64,000 nucleotides of DNA from Camelus ferus (lineage: Eukaryota), in NCBI RefSeq assembly GCF_009834535.1, contig NC_045704.1:12090001-12154000 (forward strand), given 5' to 3'. Below are positions 1 through 12,958 of this stretch, one piece after another; positions within the stretch are counted from its first letter, which is position 1; each line of letters starts with the position of its first letter. The notes under the pieces are model-generated. The model was not told the origin of the DNA and did no database searches. It saw only the letters and a list, made by a program, of their open reading frames with translations. The position numbers and the translations under genes are program-made.

Positions 1-660
1 TCTGGGGGGACATTGGATTTTGAAATGCTAAGGAATGTACTCTGACGTCCATTTAAACTTCATATTCCTGTATCTGGGGGCGCTAGGATTTAGTGAGGGG
101 GACCTAAGATTTTACTGTGAAAGGAACAATGGATTTGGAGACCCAGATCCTGAGTCTGGGAGTGCACCAATCAGCATTCTGAAAGCCAAGGCTTAGATTT
201 CAGGGGGCGCTGGAAGCTGAGAAGTTGACATCTTGGTTCCAATTGGTGTAGAGAGAAAGGAATCAGAGCCCCACTGGTATTTGAAGGTACACTGGGTCTT
301 GGGTGCATAGCCTTACTTGGGGTTTAGGTACATGGGGCTTTGGATCAGAGGTCAGCAGTTCCTCCACCATCCTGTTTTCCTGTTTCTGCTTCCATTCACC
401 CCACCTCCACCTCCTTTCACTGGCTCTGTCCCTAAGAGCAAGGCCCCAGGAGCTCCAGGCCCTGCCCTGTCTGGCTTCAGGCCCCAGGAAGGCTTCCAGT
501 GTGACTGAGGGCTTGCAGAACAACAGCTGCTCACTCTCCCGCCCTTTCCAAGGCTCTGCAGGTGGGAGGGGGTTGCCCAGCCCCCAGGAAACAGGGGCAG
601 GGCCTTGGCCAGCCTCTGGGTGCCAGCAGGGCAGGGGAGGGACCCTGGGGGGATGAGGGC

Positions 661-666
661 TTTAAA
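661..666 (+). promoter_or_regulatory. TTTAAA TATA-like box of KLK1
   Basis: TTTAAA 73 nt upstream of the KLK1 ATG; the variant TATA typical of tissue-kallikrein genes. Confidence 0.7.
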
Positions 667-733
667 AAGCTCCCCAGGGAGGTTCCCCAGCTCCAAGCTC
701 ACCGCCTGTCTGCGCCTGGACACCGCTGTCACC

Positions 734-3700
734 ATGTGGTTCCTGATTCTGTGCCTTGCCCTGTCCCTGGCAGGGACTGGTGAGACAGTGGGGAAGATGT
801 GGAAGCGGGGGGTTGGGCCCGATTCTTACGCTGCTCTCGTCCCTCCCACCTGGAACCCCAGCCTGCACCCCTCCAACCCACAGCCCAGCCCAGACCAGGA
901 TATGGGGCTCTTTCTTATCTCTCCCGGCCCCACCCTAAAGTCCAACCCGGCCTCTCCTTGTTGTCACCTTACTCGCAGTCCTGCTCTCATACTGGGTCCC
1001 TGCTCCTTCCCAGGAACAATCAGAATTTTCTCTTCCCCACTCAGATCCCTGTGCCCATCCACTTTACCAAAGGGGCAGATCCTGAGCCATCTGTCTCTCT
1101 CGTCCAAGAGACCACCCCCAACCCCACCAGCCTCTGGGACCCTGACCACCCTCCTCCTCTGCCCTAGGTCTCTATGGCCCAATGGTGTGGCTCTTGGGTC
1201 CCCAAATCCTGCCACGCCCTGGTGATTTTCCCCATCCAGCTATCAACTCTCAACTAGGTCCCCCAGCCCTAGCATCTGGTCCCCATCAATCCTCCCTGGA
1301 CCCCCCAATTCCACCAGATACCAGTGCTTCTTCAAAAACAGGTTTCTGGTCTGTGATCAGGTGGCCCCCTCATCCTGGTATGGGGGTTCTATGAATGTCT
1401 CTTCCTTCCCTATTTGTCCTTGAAGCTCCATTCCATACCTTCAGCCTTATCCCCCCAGGGAAAGCACCCAGAACCCAAAACCACATGCTCCTTTCCTTGC
1501 AGAATTTCCATCTTTCCCCAGACTCCAGCCCTTCTCCAACTGAATCCCTCCCACACAGCTCTGGCTTTCTGGGAATCCGCCCCCATCAGGATTCCAACAA
1601 ATACCTTCCCAGCCCTGCTGTCCTGCCCTTATCCCATGTGATTTGTGATTCTAAAACATGTGATTCTAAAAATCCCACATCAGGTGAGTTCTCTCTATGT
1701 TCTCACAGCTGCTTGGCCCCTCCTCCATTCTTGTCCTGGCCCTGCTCCCAGGGAACCCCAGATCCTTCCTGGAGACTCAGACCTTGGACCCCATCCCCAT
1801 GAGAATCACCTGATCCCGGAATGGCAATCATTCCACTCTCCCTCCTTCTGAGGTCTGTTCCAGTCTGACCCCCACCCAGTCCCAGGACCCTCACTCCTCT
1901 TAGAATGTCATTCCTGGATCACAGGACCCCTTCCCAGTCTAATCTTTTCATTCGCTCTTTGACCTGGAACCCCCAATTCTCCCAACTCTCCCAGTCCCAA
2001 TCCAAGAACCCCAAATCCCCCCAAATGCTCTTCTTGGTTTCTCTCACCCAATTCCCCAGATCTGTGTCCCTTCCAGAACCCAAAAGCCCATCCCAAGCTC
2101 TAACCATTTCCTCAGCCTGAGAGCCCCTTAATCCTACAAATCCTTCCCCGCCCAGCCTCTGAGCCCATCTCTGGGGGCCTTTATCCTTGGTTTCTCCTCA
2201 GAACCCATAGCCTCCTGTCCCCCAGTCCAAGAACCCAAATCACCCGACGTTTATACCAGGTGCTTCCTTGCTGCCCCCATCCCTGGGGTCGGCTCTGCTC
2301 TCAGCGTACAGTCCCCACACCCAGGACCAGCCACCCGCCCACACTCCCAGGGATGGCTGCAGAATTCTAAGCTCTTCCCAATACCCCTTGCCCATGTCCT
2401 CAGACCCCTGGCTCTGGTCCTGTGTCCCCATGGCCCTCCAGTCCCAGAGCTCAGCTCCCTCTCCTACCCCAGTCCCTCAGCCCCACTGCCAACCTCCACG
2501 CAACCTGACCCAGCACCCACTCCACAGGTGCTGTGCCCCAAATCCAGTCCCGGATCATAGGAGGCTGGGAGTGTGAGAAGCATTCCCAACCCTGGCAGGC
2601 GGCTCTGTACTATTTCAGCAAGTTCCAGTGTGGGGGCGTCCTGGTGGACCCCCAGTGGGTGCTCACAGCTGCTCACTGCATAAACGAGTGAGTAGGGGCG
2701 GGCGTCTGGAGAGGGGGTGTCTGTGAGCACACAGGTTAAGCCGCCAGCACCGTTCCCTCAGATAGCCTTAGGGGAGACTGCCGGACCTGATGAAGAGAGG
2801 GAGGGTTGTGGTCCAGGGTTACAAGGAGAGAGGCAGGGCTGGGACTGGATGACCCCAGGGAAGCCCTCTCCATGGGTGCCTGGGTCTCTTGGGTCTGTCG
2901 GCATAATTGTCTGTCTTTCTGGGTCTCCCTGTGCCCTGTGTCTCTGTGTCTCTCAGTGACTGGTTCTGTGTCTCTCTGTGTGACTGTGATTTCTCTTTCT
3001 CTCTTCTGTCTCCATGTCTCTGTATCTCTCCCCATCTCTGTCCACCTCTGTCACCTGTGTCTCACCTTCTATCTCTCTGCCCCATCTCTCTCTCTCTGGT
3101 TCTCTTTCTCATTCCCTCTCCCTCATCACTCTCCCCCATCCAGAGAAAAGGAAGAGGTTATCCCCAAGGAGTGTGTATGGGGAGGGGCTCTCACACTGTC
3201 CATCCCCTCCCTCCAGGACAATCATCCACTCAAGAGGGACCCAGGGAAGGGCTGGTGTCAGCTGGGCGGGGGCAATGGAAAGAAGGAGGAAGGAGAAAAG
3301 GGGAGAGGGAGCTGGGGCAGGAAGGGGACGCTGACCTTGGGCTAGGGGCCAAGCCACCCGCCTGCTGTGGAACCAGCCCCACAGCCTCAGCTGCAGCTGA
3401 GCTGGTCCCAGGCTCCCCCACTGCCCCCCTCCCCCGTCCTCCTCCCTCTTCTCTCTCACCCCCTGTCACCCCCCTCGCTACCTCTGCCTGATTTCTCATT
3501 CTCTCTTCTTACTCCCTTCTCCCTTCCTCACTTGGTCCATTTCTCACTGTCCTTCCTTGTCTGTCTTTTCCCTCCCTCTGCTTCCCTTTGTCTATTTCTC
3601 ACTGTCTCTGTCTCTTCCTCATCCTGTCTCCCGTGTGCTCCCTCTATCTCACCAGCTCCCCTCCACCTTTCCCACTCCCTCTACTGTTCTCAGCTCTATT

Positions 3701-5228
3701 TTACTCCATTTCTGTCTCTGTCTCTGTGACATTGTCACATTCTTTTATTTTCTGACTCGCTGAATTTTTTCTGTGACTCTATATCTTTCCTTCTGTCTCT
3801 GTTTCTCTTTCTCACTTTGGACCCTTCCTCATGCTCCCCTGCCCCATATCCCTTGCCCCCTCCTCCGTCATGCTCACTGTCTCCATCCTCTCCTTCCCCA
3901 GCAATTACCAGATCTGGCTGGGTCGCCACAACCTGTTTGAGGACGAAGACACAGCCCAGTTTGCCCTTGTCAGCAACGTCTTCCCACACCCTGAGTTCAA
4001 CCTGAGCCTCCTGAAGAACCACACTAACCTCCCCGGAAAGGACTACAGCCACGATCTCATGCTGCTCCGCCTGGAGGAGCCCGTCCAGATCACAGAGGCT
4101 GTGCAGGTCCTGGAGCTGCCCACCCAGGAACCCCAACTGGATAGCACCTGCTATGCCTCCGGCTGGGGCAGCACTGAACCAGATAAGTGTAAGCTGGGGC
4201 CAGACTGCGCAGCCTGGGGCCGGGACACATGGGAGTGAGGGAGGAGAGGGCTAGGAACCTGGGCTCCGGAGTCTGAGGAAGGAGGGCTGAGGAGGTGGGG
4301 TCTGACCACAGCCATGTTTCTCCCTGCCCCGTAGTCACATACCCAGATGATCTCCAGTGTGTGGACCTCACTCTCCTGCCCAATGAGGTATGTGCCAATG
4401 CCCACCCTGAGAAGGTGACAGAGTTCATGCTGTGTGCTGGAGACCTGGAGGGCGGCAAGGACACCTGCGTGGTGAGCCAGCCTGACCCCTGGGGCTTTGA
4501 GGTGCTGGGGGAGGGGACTCAGATACTGGACTGAGGGTCAGCTATGCAGGCATCTGTCTCTGCTGCTTTCCAGCTGTGGCTCCCTCTTCCCTGCCCCCTT
4601 TGCTTCCTGCACTCCCATCCAAGTATCACGTCTGTCTCTCCTCCACATCATAGTTCACCCATCCCCACCTCTGACACATACGTACTGTCCAGTCAAGAGA
4701 AAGCTTCTTGGGAGATGTGACATCCTGAGATGAGCCCTGAGGGTGGGAGGCTCCTATACATAGGTCCCACCTCCTCCTCCCCACTGACCTGTCTGCAGAG
4801 ACCATCCCCCTCCTGGATACTGCCCCTCTGGGCAGAAACTGGACCCTGAAGTCTCATCCCCATTGGCAGGACTGGAGCCACTGTCCCCTCTGTTGGAATC
4901 CCCACTGACGTTCCTCTCGGAGTGGACTATGGAGACAACTGTCTCTTTCCCCAGAGTTGGGGAGTTGCTGCTCCGATCTGGGCACCCAGGTCTGAGTGCT
5001 GGAGCTCCCCAGGCGGAACCCCGAGGCTTTGCTAACCCCTCTCATGCTCTCCCTCTCCCCCTTGCACTGTAGGGTGACTCGGGGGGCCCGCTGATCTGCG
5101 AGGGTATGTTGCAAGGAATCACGTCATGGGGCCATATCCCGTGTGGTAGCCCCAATAAGCCCGCCGTCTACACCAAAGTGATTTCACATGTGGAGTGGAT
5201 CAAGCAGACAATGGCTGACAACCCCTGA
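734..5228 (+). CDS. KLK1: Tissue kallikrein-1, 261 aa; exons 734-779, 2528-2687, 3902-4188, 4335-4471, 5073-5228
   Basis: GT-AG exons of 46/160/287/137/156 nt join in frame (786 nt). Signal peptide [15 protein letters not shown], pro-peptide ending QSR|IIGG, catalytic triad TAAHC / SHDLML / GDSGGP, S1 Asp (GGKDTC), 10 Cys, kallikrein loop with NLS and NHT sequons. Confidence 0.96.
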
Positions 5229-5254
5229 ATGCCCCTGTCCTGTCCCTTACTCCC

Positions 5255-5260
5255 AGTAAA
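5255..5260 (+). terminator. AGTAAA variant polyadenylation signal of KLK1
   Basis: AGTAAA 27 nt after the stop codon, as in tissue kallikrein genes. Confidence 0.7.
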
Positions 5261-5963
5261 ATCGAATACGCATCGAATTCGCATCCATTTCTGGTGTCAT
5301 CTGGCCTTCCAAAAGCTGGGTGCCTGCACTCAGGGCCCACCCAGCCCAGACTAGCGCTCAGAAAGGCTCAGACCCCAAGGGGCAAGGCAAGGACTCTGAG
5401 CCTGCCCTGGGGGAGGGCACGAAACGGAGAGTCGGACTCTTGCGAGGTTGGGCCCATATTTTATGATGGCGAGGAAGGCGGGAAATGTCATTGCAAGCCA
5501 CGCCTCCCTGGGGAGGGGCCTGTTCCGTCGAGGAGTGGGGCTGCGTCAAATGCTGGGCAGTGTCCTGTTGGCCTGGGGGCAAGACTGGACATCCTGGGTC
5601 TGTGCTGGTGGTCGGAGGGGGAGGAATTCCGACGATGGAATGAGGCTTCGGGCAGTGGCCAGCAAGGGCTAGACAACTGGGGGCGGGGCCTAGCTAGGCT
5701 CGGGGGCGGGGCCACACAAACTGGCCACACGGCAAAGGCAGTGCGCAGAACAGGAGGGGGCATTGTCGGACTTCCAGGGAGAGGGGTGTAGGGTCAGGAC
5801 TCTGGGCTGGAAGAGCCGCAGAGGGTGGGCCCTAGTTCGAGGGGCGGGACTTTGTTACCTGTTCTTGGAGGGTTTCTAGGGAGTGGGGCCTCCAGGGAAG
5901 CTTAATCTCAGGCGTATGGTCAAGATGAAAGGAGCTGGCCTGGCACCTGGGCGCAGTTACGTG

Positions 5964-6627
5964 TCAGTGTCCTGAGAAGCTCGGGTGCCATTGTTTAGAG
6001 AGGCTTAGGGGAGGGTCTTGGGGAGGGAAGTGAACTGGGGCACGTCCTCGGTGCACTTGGAGTCTTGGTCTGACCGCGGCTGTTCGAGCTGTGGACCTCT
6101 GGGTGCTCTGCTGCGAGACCCACCGGCGATAGCTCAACCGCCGCTCCATAGAGGTCATCCCTCTGCCCCACATGCCCACGTGGTTCAAGTAGCTCAGTGC
6201 TCCTGGGGGTGGGGACTAGGTGGGCCGTTGGACTCCGAGTTCCGCCCTAGGCTCTGCCCTATCCCTGAGGTGGATCTCCCCCCAGGTCTGCCCCATCTGG
6301 CCCTAAGCCGCCTGGAGTTCTCCCCGGGCTCCGACCCCTGCCCTGCCGAGACCCCACCCCTTCCTCCCGAGGCCCCGCCCTCACCGGCCCACAGCATCAA
6401 GGCGCCGCCGCTCCAGCACAGGTAGGTGGTCATCAGGTAGGATACCTGTGGCCTCGGTTGCAGCGTCTCACAGTTGACTACAAAGAGCGTCAGGCTGAGG
6501 ACAATCAGGAACCCTGCACTTGGGTGGGGCCAGAGATGGACACGAGGCTGGATAGGGACCCTGAGACTGCCAGAAAGAGAAGAGATCCTCTCCCATCCTT
6601 CAGGACAAGTGCGCTCTTTTGGGCACA

Positions 6628-6674
<47 letters not shown>

Positions 6675-9600
6675 ACACACACACTCACACACACTCACCA
6701 GACAGAAAGATACCAAGAGGCGGCGGAAAGAGAAGGAAACAGGAAGAGACTGAGAGAGATACCCAACACACTCCCCCACCTTAGTAAAATAAAGTGAGAT
6801 GCGCACAGAGAGTGGGACAGAGATCCCAACAGACATTCAAAGACCGAGACCCAGCAGACATCAGGACAGAAACTCTGAGAAGCATCTTCCCCAAAGCCAG
6901 AGAACCTCAGGGGAGAGATGCTGGGATAGGGAGGGTACCCCCTCCTCCAGGGTGACACTTACCAATGCTTAAGCTGAGGGAACTGAAGACAAGGTCAGCC
7001 TTGTTAAGGCGGCGGAACACTGGCCGGAAGGAGAGGCTCATGGTGGGGAGGAGGACTAGACACAGGACCAGGGCCAGCATCATGAAGCCCATGCTCATGT
7101 GGATGAGAACTGGGGGGAAAGGGGGAAATGCCCCAGAGTCATCCCCAGATACTCTCCAAGGTCACCCTCATCCCCACTGACACCCATGAGCAGTATCCCC
7201 AACAGTTACCCCCAATGTTTAGCTACAGACATCCTCAAAATCACCCCATTGCTGTTGCCAAAGTCACCTCCTAGAAAACCCCAAATGATGCCCACTCTCA
7301 CTCACGAAGTCACCCTCATGTACCCGTAAAGTCAACCCAGTCATCCCCACTTTGTTTAAAAATTGTGACTCACTATGTTGTGAAATTTATATAATATTGT
7401 AAATTAACTATACCTCAGTTTTAAAAAGCCTTCCCCATTTGCACCCTCAAAGTCATTCCAAATCACCCCACTTGTCCCAAAGTCAACCCTAGACACTCTC
7501 ATAATCAAATCCACACATACCACACAGATGACCTGAGGCACCCCCCTCACATCCTCAAGTTCACCACACAGAATCATCTCTATTATTTCTAGAATTATCC
7601 ACACACACACACACAAAGTTACCCTACTCATACTCCCAAAAGATGTCCCACAGCAACTCACATCAATGCCCTCAATACCACTCCTAGACACTCCTCATAG
7701 CACCCTCAAAGTTACCCAAGACACCTTAGTGACTTTAGTCATCTCTGAAGTCACCCTATTTCTCTTCCACTCATAACCCAAGGTTCCCTAGTGACCTCAT
7801 TCACACCCCCCAGAAGCTCCCCAAATATCCAAATGTCATCCCCATTCACACCCTCAACCCTCCCGCAGACATTCTCCAAATGTCCCCTTGTCCTCCGGAG
7901 CACACACAAGAAGTACACAACAAGAAAACTTCCAAATACTCTAAAACCAAGGTACCTAAAAGATGTAATCACACTCAGTTTGAAATTGATATTTATCCAA
8001 TTTGCATTTCAGTATGACGAGTTTCAGCCCCTTCTGAGAATTAAATCTCCTCCGTTTAGCCCTTTCCTGTTTTGCCTACTGTTGAACAGTGCAAAACTAC
8101 TTCAGCGAAGTGGGCTAAGACTTCATCTGCTTTGTTTTTGGCAAACTGCACATATATACAGAATAGCAATAGTGCTCTTGGGATCCATCACATAATCCTG
8201 GTTGAGGGCTTTTCATGACATATCCTGCCATCTGGGGCCACAGAGGTCATCGTGTGACTGTGGATGAGCCCATCACAGTGCCCCATGACCCAGACCAGGG
8301 TGATGGGCTCAAAGATGGGCACATGATCAAAACCAACCAATCAAGCTCTTCTCTGGGACTTTTTTCTAACTGAAGTTGTCAGGGACCAGCTCCTTCTCCT
8401 TTAGCCAAGAGGATTATGAACTTGGAGCTGCCTGAGCCTTGGACCCAGCCTCATGGGTGACAGGAGACCTGAAAGATAAAACTAAGAAGAGAAAGCAGAC
8501 AAGAGAAAGAGAGTTCAGATGACATTCAAGTCCCTGGCTCTTGCCATCCCAGAGATAAGCCCACTCTTGTAGTTTGGTCAGAAGGAGTGGCCATTTGCTG
8601 CTTACCTCCCCACCGTGCATTTTGCCTTCCTGCCTTTAGCCACTCTGAGCCCCAGTTAAGTAGCCAAGAAACAGACAGTAATGTCTGATGAAATCACCTG
8701 GACCCTGAATGCAGCCATGCCTGAAAGCATTTCTGTCCCCACCTTTTTCACTGGGTGAGCCCATAAATTCCTTCACTCAAGCTAGTTTAATTTAGAGTTT
8801 CTATCACTTGTGACTCAGAGACTTCTGAGTAATTCAGGTCTCTTCTGTAGGTTGGCAAGGAGCACAGGATTCAATACTGCCTGCCTACCACCCACCAAAA
8901 TCACAGTCAGGCCCTAAAACACACACACACATATATATATATAAAACCAGAATTGAATGTTCACCAAAAATCTAGAGGGAGAAGTGCTTCCCAAAGCTAA
9001 GTTAGTAAAGTCACAGAGACAAAGGTGGAGAATTTAGACTATATAAAAATTCTAAATTTCTGCACCTCAAAAAATAATTAAAACCTTCATAACCTAACAT
9101 GTTAGTTCTTTATGCCAACCATAACGCTCTGTATATTCTTAGCATTCAATAAATGGTGACTCACCTTTAAAAGAGAACTATAATACTGACTGTGTGTTTT
9201 TAAATGATAAATATATGTATACACATACCTCTAAGTGTATATATGTATGTATAGTCATATGTGTATATACACATATAGCGATTTTCTCATATGTGCAGAG
9301 AATATGACTAGAACACGCAAGAGCTTAAAAACGGTTTAGCAACATTGGTTGCCCCCCAGGGCGGGGATCTGGGAGAGATTCAGCCCAAAAATGAGAGAAG
9401 TTAGCAATTTTTTAAATGTTGAACCACATACATATACTACCTGTTCAAATAAAATAAAAGCCATTTAAATTTAAAATAAGGAAAAATTGCAAATACCAAC
9501 TACTATATATAGGACAGATAAACAACAAGTTTCTACTGCGCAGCACAGGGAACCATATTCAATATCTTACAGTAACCTATCATGTAAAAGAGTTTGAAAA

Positions 9601-12590
9601 GGAATGTATGTATGCACATGCATGACTGAAGCATTATGCTGCACACCCAAAACTGACACAACATTGTAAACTGACTCTACTTCAATAAAAAAACGAAATT
9701 TAAATAAGAAAAAGTTTAAAAATCACACACAGTTAACATTTTAGAACAAATGAGGCATATAATGAATATACACCATTCTTTTTTGTCTTCCCAGCACCTT
9801 TGAATACCAGTCCTGTTGGAATTTCCCAACCTATGTATCTGCACTTCCCAGTAAGGAAACCAGCCTGTCTTACAGCTAGGACCTCAGCATGCGATGAGGC
9901 TCCACCAATAAAATAGAGCCACGCTAAACTTGGAATCAGCAGCCAGAAGTAGGTGGGAACTCAGTTCTAGTGAGGTTGGCTGCAACTATCTCCAGGCTCC
10001 CGGTGTAGCAGAGAAAGAGGTTCCCCAGTGGAGTCCAGGCCTGGAGATACTGGGATCCACAGGTCAAGCTGCAATGTGCATGCCCAGCCAGCCAGTCCTC
10101 CAGGACTCTTTGGGCATGGTCTTAATCCTGAAAATATAAATCTATTTTCTGCTTAAACCAAGCTGAATTGGCTTCTGTTGCTGGTCATGAGACTCCTGGA
10201 TTCTGTAGATGGAGTATCTAACAAAGCCTTACAAAATGTCACCAACCCTCCTGAAGCACTGCTATTCTGCGCTTGGGAGTCTACCTCCCAAAGTAATTGT
10301 GCTCAAATAAAGTATTGTAGACATACGGGGACATTGTGCACAGTTGCGTTTGCCCACCCAGCTTCCATTCCCACTCTTTTGGCAACAGCGTCTTGATACT
10401 GTTCGGAGGAACTCTCCACTCACCCTCTGTCCTTGTGCTTCTGACAGAAATGACCCCTTCCATTGACTCTTAAGAAAAGCACCTGATCCAGACCCAGCCA
10501 ATCACAGCATGACATCCTCCTGACCACAGCAAACGGTTCACAGAGCAGTGAGAAATTCCCAGGCAGTGAACCTGACCCCCCTCTGACTTAATCCTGAGAC
10601 CTTTGCTTGAGGGCCAGAGGAGACAGCTTATTCTCTTTTTTCCATGGTTGTTTACAGAAAAAAATGGGACCCGGAAGCTGCTGGACAGCCACATTGCCAC
10701 TGCATGGGCACAGTTTGCCTAAGGGCCCACCTACAGAGGAAGGCTTCAAGGAGAGATGGCAAGAGACAGACACCTTTTGAGCACCAGATCCAGCAGTACC
10801 TGAACCAGGATCAATGTATGGCTCCCAATTTTTCTATAACTTGAAACCAGCTTGAGTTTGAGAGGTATAAGAGAAAGAGATTCTCAAAATAAACAATTAA
10901 GATTAATCTTACACAATGTTCAGGAAGTCTTAAGGAGCACTTGAGATCCAAAATGAAGGTAGGTGCGTTGGCTGGAGAAAAAGAATTCTTATAATAAGAA
11001 CACGGGACCAGGCACTGTTCTAATTCCTTTCTGTGTTTTAACTCACGTCTTCCTCAAACATGATTAGGTACTGCTATCACTGACATTATAAAAATGAGGA
11101 AACTTGTGGCACACAGGAGTGAAGGAATCTGCCCAAGATAACCCAGCTACCAAGTGGCTGAGACAGGATTTGAACCCAGGCTCTCTGGCTCCAGGGTCTG
11201 GGCTGCCTCTGTGGCAATGCTCAAAAGCCCTGGAAACACAGACATCTACAAGGAGGCAAAATGTTTCTCAAGGAGCCGGAAGCCTCCTGTTATCTTTAAA
11301 AAAAAAAAAAAAAAAAACTTTTAAAAAGTGTGTGAGAGAGAATGATGGTGCCTTTAACCATCTAATCTTCAGGCCACGTGTAATGCCCTTCTTTCCATGC
11401 ACAGTGACAGTCCCGATTTCTCTAAGTCATATGTAATTCCAGGAAAACCCTCACAAGGCCTCCAGAGAATCTCCAGAGACCCTCTCAGGAATACTGAAGA
11501 CTCCCCCCTCCCAGGAACACCCAAAGAGATTCCCCCAGAGATTCTCTCCCTTGATAATCTCCGGAGACACCTCCCCCAAGAGCACCCTATAGCCTGTCCA
11601 GGCTCCTACTGACCGGTGACTTGGCCCAGGCTGACACACTTGTGCTTCCTGCAGTCAGTCCAGAAGCCCAGGTAGCCCGTGTAGGAGCCCTGCAAGTAGG
11701 CCATACGCCCATCCAACACACTGAGCACCATCAGGGTCGCCAGGATGCTGAAGACGAGACACCAGCCCCGCAGGACGAACTTGCGGTCCTCCTCCCAGGA
11801 AGAGACGGGGTCCACTGGGAAAGAATAGAGTTCTGGGGGCCTGGATCTGCCTGCATCACTCTGTTTCATCCTAATCTCCATCATGGAACACAGTCATATC
11901 TCTGCCTCCACCCAAACCTTGCCTTTTACCCTATTCTCAATTCCCTTCCACCCATAGCCATCTTTCCCATCCCCACCCAAACCCCCATTCCAACTTCATT
12001 CCCCTCTCTGTTTTCTGTCCCATCCCCAGGACCATCCACAACCCCATGCCATCCCCAGTATGCTTCCTAAATCCCAAACACTACCCATTTCTATTTCTAC
12101 TCCTAACACACAACTCAGCCCCCATCCACATCCCACCCTGAGCCCAAATCTACTTGTTCTGTCTCCAGCCTCATGCTCTCCTTCCTAGTCCTCAAAGCCC
12201 AGCTCTGTCTCCACTCTCAGCTTCATTCCCCTTACCACCATCCCTGTCACAAATCCCAACCTAGGACACAGAAAACAATGACACAGGTTCCAAAGTGTGT
12301 TCACCAGGCCAAGACCCATGGCGTCAAAGGAGCGAACATGGGCGGTGCACCCAACACCCACCAAGCACTGTGATCTGCCAACCTTCCCAGTTGGCAGGGA
12401 CCCTGACCCCACACTGCTCGCTTACCTCCAGAGCCACACTGGACTTCACAGGGTCCCTCTCACACACCAAGAGGCCACCTTGGGGCCTCTCCTCCCTGAG
12501 TTGAAGCTCGGATTCCTGCTGCTCCCTCCACCTAGGGCTTTCTTCTTCCACCTTTGCCCAGACTGCCCTAAACACCCTCACTTCCAACAT
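5964..12590 (-). CDS. Gene A: four-TM PMP22/claudin-superfamily protein (TMEM202/LIM2/NKG7-like), about 301 aa; exons 12590-12426, 12260-12236, 11814-11614, 7109-6963, 6513-6385, 6202-5964
   Basis: All junctions are GT-AG and phase-compatible (0,1,1,1,1; 906 nt). TM1 FVLRGWCLVFSILATLMVLSVL, ECL1 motif YLGFWTDCRKHKC, TM2 LIHMSMGFMMLALVLCLVLL, TM3 LVFSSLSLSIGFLIVLSLTLFVV, TM4 YLMTTYLCWSGGALMLWAGALSYLN. The four 3' exons are solid; the first two exons are less certain. Confidence 0.75.
6632..6698. repeat. (CA)n microsatellite with CT interruptions
   Basis: Directly visible. Confidence 0.95.
8170..8830. mobile_element. Old ERVL-type solo LTR remnant (LTR16/LTR33-like)
   Basis: Motifs such as gggcacatgatcaaaaccaaccaatca and ataaattccttc resemble old ERVL LTRs; family recalled, not searched. 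Confidence 0.35.
9500..9700 (+). mobile_element. LINE-1 3' end (artiodactyl/camelid L1)
   Basis: gcacagggaaccatattcaatatctt...gacacaacattgtaaactgactctacttcaataaaaaaa; near-identical to the copy at 34305-34592. Confidence 0.75.
10990..11200 (+). mobile_element. MIR SINE
   Basis: MIR core aatgaggaaac...aggatttgaacccaggctctctggctcc. Confidence 0.65.
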
Positions 12591-12841
12591 CACTTCCTCC
12601 ACATTCCTTTCCGGAGCTCCCCCAGCCTCAATTCTTAATCAGGTTCCCTATTAAACACTCCCATAGTGCAGTGTGCAGTTCTCTCTCACAGGGCACACCA
12701 TCGGCTTGGGATTGGTTATTTCACCATTTATTTCCCTACCAGTCTTCCATGAGGGTAGGGAACCAATTTCTTCCATTTTCCGCTGCACCGCCATTGCCTG
12801 GTATGAGAATTTGCTCTCTTTTTTTAAATTTACTTTTTGGT

Positions 12842-12958
12842 GGGGAGGGTAATCAGGTTCATTTATTTATTTATTTTTTAATGGAGGTACCGGGGATTGA
12901 ACCCAGGACCTCGTGCATGCTAGGCATGCACTCTGCCACTGAGCTGTACCGTTCCCCT
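12842..12958 (-). mobile_element. tRNA-Ala-derived camelid SINE (vic-1-like)
   Basis: Reverse complement of agctcagtggcagagtgcatgcctagcatgcacgaggtcctgggttcaatccccggtacctcca with A/B boxes and A-rich tail; one of at least 8 copies in the window. Confidence 0.85.

Noticed and set aside
2806-3900. Hydrophobic-looking ORFs and long CT tracts in KLK1 intron 2
   Set aside because: Pyrimidine-rich low-complexity intron; the Leu/Ser/Phe richness is compositional
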